Source: Candidatus Pacearchaeota archaeon | Lineage (GTDB): Archaea > Nanobdellota > Nanobdellia > UBA10117 > JAFCGA01 | Direction: 5' to 3' | DNA length: 64,000 bases | Assembly: GCA_017608345.1 (NCBI GenBank) | Contig: JAFCGA010000001.1 | Location: 33,766-97,765 of the forward strand | In this document: piece by piece, positions 55,075-62,537 of the stretch | Position numbering within the stretch: position 1 is the first letter of the stretch | Layout of the letters: each line of letters starts with the position of its first letter | Translations under genes and position numbers: made by a program | The notes under the pieces: generated by a model | Database searches by the model: none | The model's input: only the letters and a program-made list of their open reading frames with translations | What the model was told of the DNA's origin: nothing

Positions 55075-55213
55075 GCGCCCGTGGTCTAGTGGTACGCGCT
55101 AAAAATCCGTGCACTAAATGACTCAAGCTTGCCAAGCTTGCAACCCGAGTTCAAATTCGGACTGGTTCGAATTACTGCGAGAACTTGTTCGATCGGAAAT
55201 CTCGGCGGGCGCA
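55075..55213 (+). tRNA. tRNA-Gly(GCC) with a D-loop insert (about 24 nt) and a T-loop insert (about 44 nt)
   Basis: Folds as GCGCCCG TG GTCT AGTGGTA[55095-55118]TGAC T CAAGC TTGCCAA GCTTG CAAC CCGAG TTCAAAT[insert]CTCGG CGGGCGC A. It is 71 nt after removing the inserts and starts 5 nt after tRNA-Pro. Confidence 0.75.
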
Positions 55214-55297
55214 TTTTATGTAACTACTATTGTATACTTAAACAAATATATAAATGAGCGTATACTTATTTCTAATAACATCTATAGAGGTGCTAAG

Positions 55298-55552
55298 ATG
55301 GTTAAACACAATTTAAAGAAACACGAGCATCTAGGGTTACTTTTAATATTCGCTGGCGCGACGTGGCTCGGATTCGCTCTATATGGAACACTTCTAGCAG
55401 CTAACAGAATGTTAGTTCCAGCGATGCCACTGATTGCAGGAAAGGAATTATTTATCTTTCCATTATTCTTCGGAATAGGAGCATTACTAGTAACACTAGG
55501 AAAAATAGAGTTAAGAGAAGCTTTACCGGGTAAAAATAGGGGGTTGTTATAA
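55298..55552 (+). CDS. small membrane protein (84 aa)
   Basis: Uses the internal ATG (MVKHNLKKHEHLGLLLIFAG...) preceded by AGAGG. The longer track ORF starts inside tRNA-Gly. Confidence 0.4.
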   Translation: MVKHNLKKHEHLGLLLIFAGATWLGFALYGTLLAANRMLVPAMPLIAGKELFIFPLFFGIGALLVTLGKIELREALPGKNRGLL

Positions 55553-55554
55553 AT

Positions 55555-55662
55555 ATGAAAGAAATGTCTAAAGAAGAAATAGAATATGGAATAAAAGAGT
55601 TCATACAAGGTCTCTTAGTAGGATTCATAATCGGATTCATAATCGCGACCCAGCTATTGTAA
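55555..55662 (+). CDS. possible 35-aa single-TM peptide
   Basis: MKEMSKEEIEYGIKEFIQGLLVGFIIGFIIATQLL, starting 2 nt after the previous stop. Confidence 0.25.
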   Translation: MKEMSKEEIEYGIKEFIQGLLVGFIIGFIIATQLL

Positions 55663-55767
55663 GCTCTTTCTCTTTTATTTTTTTAATTATTTTTATTTTT
55701 AATATACTATTGAAACTAGAAAGTTTTCAAAAACCTTATAAATCCGTTCTTAGCTTTATTCTTTAGT

Positions 55768-55974
55768 GGGCCGTTAGCTCAGAGCCTTTTTCTTTCTTTC
55801 CCAAAGAAAGAAAAACCCTCGGGAAAAAGAAAGAACGGGAACGCGAGCAATCTGGTCATATTCCGTCAGGAATATTCCTGGACGGAGTACTGGAAAGAGC
55901 ACTTGGCTCTTAACCAAGGTGTCGAGGGTTCAAAGCTGCCAAATATTAAGCAGTAGAAAATCCCTTACGGCCCG
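55768..55974 (+). tRNA. tRNA-Lys(CUU) with a D-loop insert (about 105 nt) and a T-loop insert (26 nt)
   Basis: Folds as GGGCCGT TA GCTC AG[about 55783-55887]..CTGGAAA GAGC A CTTGG CTCTTAA CCAAG GTGTC GAGGG TTCAAA[55935-55960]T CCCTT ACGGCCC G. TTATAAAT lies 25-32 nt upstream. Confidence 0.8.
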
Positions 55975-56015
55975 CTATCTAAATTCTTTTATACTCTTTA
56001 TATCCGAAAGATAAT

Positions 56016-56732
56016 ATGGAGTACCAAGTTCTTGTCCATGCTGGCGGTCCTGGAACGAGATTAAGACCCTATACGTTGGAGAAACCAAAGGGCCTTTTAG
56101 AAGTTAAAGATAAAACCCTAATAGAACTAGCAATTCAACCTTTTCTGGAGTTCGGAATTAAGAAGTTCGTTCTTACTGCTAACTATAAAGCAGAAATGCT
56201 CAAAGCGTTCTTTTTAGAAAAACATCCTGAACTGGATATTTCTTTTATTGAAGAGAAAACTCGGTCTGGAAGAGCGGGAGCAGTGAAGCTAGGTATAGAA
56301 CAAGGCAAACTCGACCCCGAAAAACTAACAATAATTGCGCACCAAGACGATCTTATTTCACTCGATGTTGCTAAACTAATCGATACGCATAAGAGCAGCG
56401 GCGCGGAAGCTACTGTTATCTTAGCTAGATCATTTACAAATCCCTTTGGGGTAGTTCACCATTCAGAAGGCAAGATAACAAAGTTCGAAGAAAAAGCCCA
56501 GACGGAGATGCCAGAAACTCAGGCTGTTAATGCGGGAATGAGTGTTTTTTCTAATCTTAAGCTATTCCTAGATGTTCCGATACCTTCGCATGAAGAATAT
56601 GTCATTTTTCCGAAGCTAGCTGAGCAAGGCAAGCTCGGAGTTTTCTTTGCTGACTCATGGAAACCAATTAATACAAAAGAGGAGTACCATAAGCTAATTT
56701 CTGATGTGAGCGATACAGCAGAATTCATGTGA
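56016..56732 (+). CDS. sugar-phosphate nucleotidyltransferase
   Basis: VHAGGPGTRLRPYTLEKPKGLLEV is the G-x-G-T-R-L signature. Confidence 0.85.
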   Translation: MEYQVLVHAGGPGTRLRPYTLEKPKGLLEVKDKTLIELAIQPFLEFGIKKFVLTANYKAEMLKAFFLEKHPELDISFIEEKTRSGRAGAVKLGIEQGKLDPEKLTIIAHQDDLISLDVAKLIDTHKSSGAEATVILARSFTNPFGVVHHSEGKITKFEEKAQTEMPETQAVNAGMSVFSNLKLFLDVPIPSHEEYVIFPKLAEQGKLGVFFADSWKPINTKEEYHKLISDVSDTAEFM

Positions 56733-56764
56733 TAGTTAATTATATCTTTCACTTCGATTTTACT

Positions 56765-56875
56765 ATCTATCCAAAGCTAGCTAAAGTGGGTGAGATAAAT
56801 GCTTATTTCGTAGATTCCTGGAAGTCGGTTAATACAAAGGAAGATTATCTTCGATTGTTAGCTGAGCAGAAATGA
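56765..56875 (+). pseudogene. C-terminal fragment of a second nucleotidyltransferase paralogue
   Basis: IYPKLAKVGEINAYFVDSWKSVNTKEDYLRLLAEQK* parallels the end of the upstream gene (IFPKLAEQGKLGVFFADSWKPINTKEEYHKLISD). The N-terminal ~190 aa are absent. Confidence 0.5.
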
Positions 56876-57193
56876 CTAGCGAATATATTCCTTACGCACT
56901 GCTTCTATGAACTGCGCTATGTTGTTTAGTGGTAAATTATAATGTTTAATCGGAGTCTGATTGCGTCGATTGCTTATTACAGTTTCGACCTCCACTTGCT
57001 CAAAAGCAACAGCTAGTCTACCCTTGCAAATGCGCGCAAAAGTTTCATATCTTAATCCATACGTCTCAATAAGGTATTTCCTATCAAATCCGCTGCGGAT
57101 CTTAATGAAAGCTCTTATTAGCTTAAAGTCATTTAGCTGTTTGTTTGGGAATTCGTCAAGAAGTGCGTCAATTTTCTCTTGCAGATCATTCAT
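56876..57193 (-). CDS. hypothetical protein (105 aa)
   Basis: ORF in the track. Confidence 0.4.
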   Translation of the reverse strand: MNDLQEKIDALLDEFPNKQLNDFKLIRAFIKIRSGFDRKYLIETYGLRYETFARICKGRLAVAFEQVEVETVISNRRNQTPIKHYNLPLNNIAQFIEAVRKEYIR

Positions 57194-57241
57194 TGCTATT
57201 CGATAAGGTTATAAAACTAAACGCTTTTTAAATTAACTAGT

Positions 57242-57587
57242 GGGCCGGTAGTTCAGCCAGCGGATCCCTTGCTCTCCAGACCGGAACAAGTTCCGGTTGG
57301 CCACGCGGAATTTCATTCCGCTTGGTGCAAAGAGAAAGGTCTACGCATCACCCCAAAGAGAAGCGTATTCCTTCGCTCCTTCGGAGCTCAAAAATAAAGA
57401 GATTTGCCTGAAACGGTAGAACGCTACATTGGCAGAGCCTTTTTCTCTTTCCAGAAAGAGAAAAACGTTCGCGAAAAAGAGAAAGCGAACATGGGTTTCA
57501 GACTTGTAGAGGCCCCGAGTTCAAATAGCCTTTCTTTCCTGAATGAAAGAACGAATTTCAGAGGCTAGGAAAATCTCGGCCGGTCCA
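57242..57587 (+). tRNA. tRNA-Ala(GGC), 346 nt, with three inserts: D-loop (about 153 nt), canonical 37/38 (69 nt) and T-loop (about 48 nt)
   Basis: Folds as GGGCCGG TA GTTC AGCC..[insert]..GGTA GAAC G CTACA TTGGCA[57435-57503]T TGTAG AGGCC CCGAG TTCAAA[about 57526-57573]T CTCGG CCGGTCC A. G3:U70 is present, and the gene is 76 nt after removing the inserts. Confidence 0.75.
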
Positions 57588-57683
57588 CTAATAACTTTTT
57601 TAAAGTGCTTAATCTTAGAATTAATTATGCAGAGATTATGCAAAAAAAGGTTTTTGCTAGATCTCAGCACTCACTACGTTCGT

Positions 57684-57769
57684 GCCGAGATAGCTCAGCT
57701 GGTAGAGCGCCAGTTTAATAGGCGAATCTCATAAGCTGGAGGTCGGGAGTTCGAGCCTCCCTCTCGGCA
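57684..57769 (+). tRNA. tRNA-Met/Ile2(CAU), elongator type, with a 13-nt insert at the 31/32 boundary
   Basis: Folds as GCCGAGA TA GCTC AGCTGGTA GAGC G CCAGT[TTAATAGGCGAAT]CTCATAA GCTGG AGGTC GGGAG TTCGAGC CTCCC TCTCGGC A. Confidence 0.8.
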
Positions 57770-57770
57770 C

Positions 57771-57776
57771 TTTTTT
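57771..57776 (+). terminator. oligo-T tract after tRNA-Met
   Basis: TTTTTT lies 2 nt after the discriminator base. Archaeal Pol terminates at T-runs. Confidence 0.4.
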
Positions 57777-57802
57777 ATATCCTTAACAATTATAGCAGCT
57801 CG

Positions 57803-58492
57803 ATGCAACAAATTCTAACCCACAAAGACAAGCAAATCAATTATTCAATCCGAGTCAATAAGCTAGCTAAGCGAATTATTCTGAAAGTCTCTGAAGATGG
57901 AGAAGTTAAAGTTACTGTTTCTCGCAAAAGATTAGTAAAAGACGGGATAAGATTAGCAGAATCAAAAGCTAGCTGGATTTATTCGCATCTTAAGAGATTA
58001 GAGCGAGATAAATCTTTCAGGATGCCAATAACTGAGCAAATTATGTTCTTGGGAGATAGCTATCCTGTCGAGCTAGCAGCTAGTTCTAAATTAAAACTGA
58101 ATTTCAGCTCAGATAAGTTTCAGGTTTATCTGAAAGATCACAATTATGAAGACATTCGCGGGGAGCTCAAAAAATTCTACATTAAGGAAGCTAGAAAACT
58201 ACTTCCGAAGATGGTTGATGACTTGGGATATGCTCAGAGGATTAATCGAATAGCAATCCGTGGACAAAAGACTCGCTGGGGGTCTTGCTCTTCAGACAGA
58301 AACCTGAATTTTAATTGGCGCTTGATGATGGCTCCGGTGACAGCTGTCCAATACGTCGTGGCTCACGAGCTAGCTCATCTAGAGCATATGGATCATTCTA
58401 CTCGCTTCTGGAAAGCCGTTGAAAAGATGAGTCCGGATTATAATTGGCATCGCGCCTGGCTGAAGAAGAATGGGAAGCTTTTGAAATTCTAG
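57803..58492 (+). CDS. YgjP-like (DUF45/M48-type) metal-dependent hydrolase
   Basis: INYSIRVNKLAKRIILKVSEDGEVKVTV and VAHELAHLEHMDHSTRFW. Confidence 0.8.
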   Translation: MQQILTHKDKQINYSIRVNKLAKRIILKVSEDGEVKVTVSRKRLVKDGIRLAESKASWIYSHLKRLERDKSFRMPITEQIMFLGDSYPVELAASSKLKLNFSSDKFQVYLKDHNYEDIRGELKKFYIKEARKLLPKMVDDLGYAQRINRIAIRGQKTRWGSCSSDRNLNFNWRLMMAPVTAVQYVVAHELAHLEHMDHSTRFWKAVEKMSPDYNWHRAWLKKNGKLLKF

Positions 58493-58533
58493 AGTGAATA
58501 AATATTTTTAACTAGCAAACATAATCAAAGATT

Positions 58534-59073
58534 ATGCTAACTACCGACGACGTTGCTAATATTCGAGAAATAAAAGAATATTTTTCTAAGGTAATGAATA
58601 TTTATGAAGACGCACATAATCTTGGTAGAATCCTACTCGAGGGTGGGCTTATCTCCGATCAATACATATTAGATAAAACAAATAAGGGTCTTAGAACCGC
58701 GAGCAGCATGGTGGACACATACGCTGGGCTTAATGCGTTGATCTTTAAGTCTATGCTCCTATCTGCGAATAGTACAGACAAGCCAGACGATTCAGTTGCA
58801 TGGAATTCAGCAGTTGAGCACAGTCTTCTTGATTTACTTAGCAATAAAATGACTGGAGTATTCCCCGAAATTTCTGAAATATCTAAACAAGCTGTTGATT
58901 ATCTCGTTCAGCTCTCCGGAGAGATTTCAGTAATCTATGGAGAAGTAGTCGAGAACAATTCTGAAATTTTAATTATTCCTAAGATTAAACATCAAATAAA
59001 AGAACTAAACAAGTTATTAAAAAGTAATATATCTATCCAGCTGACAATTCAGTATCTTAAGCCTACTTCTTAA
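58534..59073 (+). CDS. hypothetical protein (179 aa)
   Basis: ORF in the track. Confidence 0.45.
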   Translation: MLTTDDVANIREIKEYFSKVMNIYEDAHNLGRILLEGGLISDQYILDKTNKGLRTASSMVDTYAGLNALIFKSMLLSANSTDKPDDSVAWNSAVEHSLLDLLSNKMTGVFPEISEISKQAVDYLVQLSGEISVIYGEVVENNSEILIIPKIKHQIKELNKLLKSNISIQLTIQYLKPTS

Positions 59074-59110
59074 TCGGATCTTTTTTATATCTAACTTCCA
59101 TATCTAATCC

Positions 59111-59461
59111 ATGGAAAAAATGATATCCTTCTGTGGAATAGTCTGCAGCGAATGCCCGGCTTTCTTAGCTAGAAAAGACAACTGGGACTTGGAAAGGAAA
59201 AGAGAAATCGCTGAAAAGTGGGCTAAACAGTTTGATCATTCCGGCTTAACGGCAGAAGACATATCTTGCGAAGGCTGTCTATCTGACTCTGAAAATGTTT
59301 TTAGCCATTGTAAAGAATGCGAGATTAGAGCGTGCGGCAAGGAAAAAGCTCTGAAGAACTGCGCTTACTGCTCCGAGTATGCTTGCGCTAAGTTAAAAGA
59401 GTTCTTTAAACATTCGCCAGATTGTAAGAAAGTTTTGGATGAGATACAAGTGCAGAGATGA
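59111..59461 (+). CDS. Cys-rich DUF3795-like protein
   Basis: CGIVCSECPAF...CEGC...CKECEIRAC...CAYCSEYAC. Confidence 0.6.
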   Translation: MEKMISFCGIVCSECPAFLARKDNWDLERKREIAEKWAKQFDHSGLTAEDISCEGCLSDSENVFSHCKECEIRACGKEKALKNCAYCSEYACAKLKEFFKHSPDCKKVLDEIQVQR

Positions 59462-59631
59462 TTTGCTTTATCTTAAATATTTACTATTAAGACGCAAACA
59501 TTGCGCTCGATAGTTGTTAGTTGCAATTATTTTCAAGGACTAAAATTAGAAGGGGGATGATTAAAAACAAAAAGAGCGGAAGCTATTTCAGATAATTTTA
59601 TAAAGAAGTTCTTCTATTTTATTTATACACA

Positions 59632-60228
59632 ATGGGAAAAATAAAATCTTTTGCAAAAAAACATCCTGTCTGGTCTGTAATCATCGTTATAGTTGTGATT
59701 GGTTTTATTGGAAGTTTATTTAGTTCTCCAGAAACAAATACTAATTCACAACCAACTACAACAACCCAAACACAATTAAATCAAAATACAAATACTCAAA
59801 CACAAACTTTATCTTCTAATTCTCTTGAAAGAATAGAGCAAATTGTAGATAAAGTTGGAGATTACGAAGTTACAATCTGGGATTCAACAGGAGATTTTGC
59901 AACAGAAAGCTCAGCTCCTTATGAAGTGATTGTAAATTCTAAACCAAATCAGTTTAGTGATTGTTTTGATGCTAAAAATTCATTGTATGAAACAATGAAA
60001 GGTTTGTATTCTGATTCTCAATTGAACGGAAAAATCGCAAGAGTTCAATTTACTGCTCGGGGATATCTAAAAGCAAGTTTGGGCAATGATGATGCGAAAG
60101 ATTTGAGATGGGATGTTGGTCCATCAACTTATTGGAAAGTAACTTTACAATACAAAGATTATGAGGATACTTCAAGTCCTTTGTCCCAACAAACATGGGG
60201 CGTAAAGATTAAAGAAGATTGTAACTAA
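59632..60228 (+). CDS. membrane-anchored secreted protein with a Thr/Gln/Asn-rich linker
   Basis: TM segment VWSVIIVIVVIGFIGSLF followed by NTNSQPTTTTQTQLNQNTNTQTQT. Confidence 0.5.
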   Translation: MGKIKSFAKKHPVWSVIIVIVVIGFIGSLFSSPETNTNSQPTTTTQTQLNQNTNTQTQTLSSNSLERIEQIVDKVGDYEVTIWDSTGDFATESSAPYEVIVNSKPNQFSDCFDAKNSLYETMKGLYSDSQLNGKIARVQFTARGYLKASLGNDDAKDLRWDVGPSTYWKVTLQYKDYEDTSSPLSQQTWGVKIKEDCN

Positions 60229-60239
60229 TTTGTTCTAAA

Positions 60240-60566
60240 ATGATAGATTCTATATTCAAACAATATCAAGGTCTTTTAAATAATGCTTCAGGTAATACCT
60301 TGAATTTTAAAGAACAGATTAGTGGAAATGTATGGGTTGAAGGAAAAATAACATCCCCCAATTTAGCTATAATTCCAACCCTCCCAGTAACAGACACAAA
60401 ATTTTCTATAACAACATTTGATAAAAATAGGGGGAGAATTACTGGAATTGATAACCACGAGAATCAATCTCTTCATGAACATATTTCTGGAACGCAACCT
60501 TTTATTTCAGGAAATCACACTCTTGGGACTATTGGTTCTCACGCTTTTTTGAACTTCTTTAAATGA
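60240..60566 (+). CDS. hypothetical protein (108 aa)
   Basis: ORF in the track, in an A+T-rich stretch. Confidence 0.4.
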   Translation: MIDSIFKQYQGLLNNASGNTLNFKEQISGNVWVEGKITSPNLAIIPTLPVTDTKFSITTFDKNRGRITGIDNHENQSLHEHISGTQPFISGNHTLGTIGSHAFLNFFK

Positions 60567-60806
60567 AACAGCCTCTCTTAAAAAAATAATTGTCTCCCTT
60601 GATTCTTGTTCTTGATGTATCGCATTTGCTCATTGGATAGAACGCCCTTGAAAATAACTCTTCAGAATTTTTGCTTCGCAAAAATCGTTGCTCTCTCTCG
60701 GTCTCCGCTTCGCTCCGACGCAATTAATAGGAATTCCGATGTTATATTCAACATTATTTTTGCCCCTAACACAAATTTTATATATCTTAGTAAATAATCC
60801 AACCTT

Positions 60807-60983
60807 ATGCAAGACAAAAACATTTTTTACATCTTTGGTATCTTACAAGCAATCACTTTAGGATTAATTGTATTCTTTATTTTAGGACTAACTAATATTG
60901 GAAAAGACACTGCTGTTCTTTTGAGTATTTTATTTCCATTATTCACAGTGATTATTGAATATATTATATATTCCAAAAAATAA
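60807..60983 (+). CDS. possible two-TM small membrane protein (58 aa)
   Basis: MQDKNIFYIFGILQAITLGLIVFFILGLTNIGKDTAVLLSILFPLFTVIIEYIIYSKK. Confidence 0.3.
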   Translation: MQDKNIFYIFGILQAITLGLIVFFILGLTNIGKDTAVLLSILFPLFTVIIEYIIYSKK

Positions 60984-61035
60984 TAATTTGGATGAGCTTC
61001 GAAGCGTTTAAATTATTTTCTTACTATTAACTAGC

Positions 61036-62004
61036 ATGTTCAAAGTTAATCTAACAAAGTGCAAGGCGATTGGCGAAGAGCTAGCAAAGATTCCGCTAAA
61101 CCCAAATCTTTCTTCTGCCCTTGCTCCGGAAATATCTGATCCGAGAGTTGCATCACTAGCGTATATTTATGTAACGAGTATTTGTCACCAGACTGAAGAA
61201 TTAAAAGGAAAGCTCAACGGAGAGGACAAACGCGGCTGGGATTACTTGATGGGCAAGTTTATCGAGCTAGGCCGATGCGAGCCAGAGAGTCTGCATCCTT
61301 CTCACATAAGCCTCATTTCTGCAAAAGATCTTCAATCGATCTTATCCGACAATGGACGCCCTGATTCATCAACATTAACACGAGCAGAGGAGCGAGCGAA
61401 GTTCCTACAAGATCTTGCTTCAACTCTCAGAGATGAATATGACGGAGATCCAAGAAATCTCTATGGTGATGGAGTTCTAGCTGGCGAGAACGGATTATAT
61501 CTGCGGATGAAGGAATTCGCGGCTTTTGGAAAAGATCCAATTAGCAAGAAAGCTACGGTCTATTTTATGTTGATGAATTTATCCGGAATTTGGGAAGACT
61601 TCGAAGATATGTCCGAGCTGAAACCAATGCCAGACTACCACAAGGAGCGCTTATTTCTTAGAACCGGCTGCGTTAAAGTAACAGATCCGGAGATAGTATA
61701 TAATCTGCTGACTAGAAAAGAAGTATCTATTGATGTAGATAACTCTTTGCGACTAGCAGTTGGAGAAGCTTACAAGGAATTAGTGAAACACTCAGAGAAA
61801 AGTTTCTTCGAGCTGGAAGGATTCTTGTGGTCATTCGCGCGCAGTCTATGCTATAAAATTCCGATGTGCTCTGAGGGACTCGAGAATGTCGGCAATTTTC
61901 CGAGCTACGCAAATATCTCTGAATTAACCGAATGTCCGTTACTTGACTCCTGCGAACAGAGAACCGAATTCTGGCAGCCGATTGTTAATACGAGTTTTCA
62001 TTAA
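61036..62004 (+). CDS. hypothetical protein (322 aa); weak resemblance to the DUF2419/queuosine-salvage family
   Basis: ORF in the track. The ICHQT and PMPDYHKERLFLRTG motifs are only suggestive. Confidence 0.5.
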   Translation: MFKVNLTKCKAIGEELAKIPLNPNLSSALAPEISDPRVASLAYIYVTSICHQTEELKGKLNGEDKRGWDYLMGKFIELGRCEPESLHPSHISLISAKDLQSILSDNGRPDSSTLTRAEERAKFLQDLASTLRDEYDGDPRNLYGDGVLAGENGLYLRMKEFAAFGKDPISKKATVYFMLMNLSGIWEDFEDMSELKPMPDYHKERLFLRTGCVKVTDPEIVYNLLTRKEVSIDVDNSLRLAVGEAYKELVKHSEKSFFELEGFLWSFARSLCYKIPMCSEGLENVGNFPSYANISELTECPLLDSCEQRTEFWQPIVNTSFH

Positions 62005-62049
62005 ATAGAAAGGCATAAAAAGAGTATTTCTAGCTACTTATTAGTTAAA

Positions 62050-62499
62050 ATGATATCATTAGGAGATAAAATTGAGGCTATCCTCGTTAGGGCAGACAAG
62101 TTTGAGTTGAGAGAAGAAAATCTAGCTCTATTTCTAGATGGTATCAGCGAATATTTCTCTGAACAGAGGGGATTAAATCAGATCTATCAAAACGAAAGGG
62201 GACTCTGGACTAATTCTGATACTCTCCTTGAACTAAAAAATGTGGATTTCCTGGAACAATTTACAAAGCTCAGAGAATACAAAAGATTCCGAGAAATCGA
62301 TCTTAGCAAGGGCATCATTAGAGTGCACTATGCGAACACAAAGAAAAAAGAAAGTACATATGATATTTTCCTGCAACTGGCGCCAGTTTTTGCTTTTATA
62401 GATGGAAAGTCTGGAATTTATATATCTCAGGGCGGAGACAATTTAGGATCACCATATCTTCGGCGCCATAAGATGTTTTTCTCAGCTAAGAAGTTATAG
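62050..62499 (+). CDS. hypothetical protein (149 aa)
   Basis: ORF in the track. Confidence 0.45.
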   Translation: MISLGDKIEAILVRADKFELREENLALFLDGISEYFSEQRGLNQIYQNERGLWTNSDTLLELKNVDFLEQFTKLREYKRFREIDLSKGIIRVHYANTKKKESTYDIFLQLAPVFAFIDGKSGIYISQGGDNLGSPYLRRHKMFFSAKKL

Positions 62500-62537
62500 C
62501 TACAAATCTTTTAATACTCCTAGCATTTCAGCAATCC

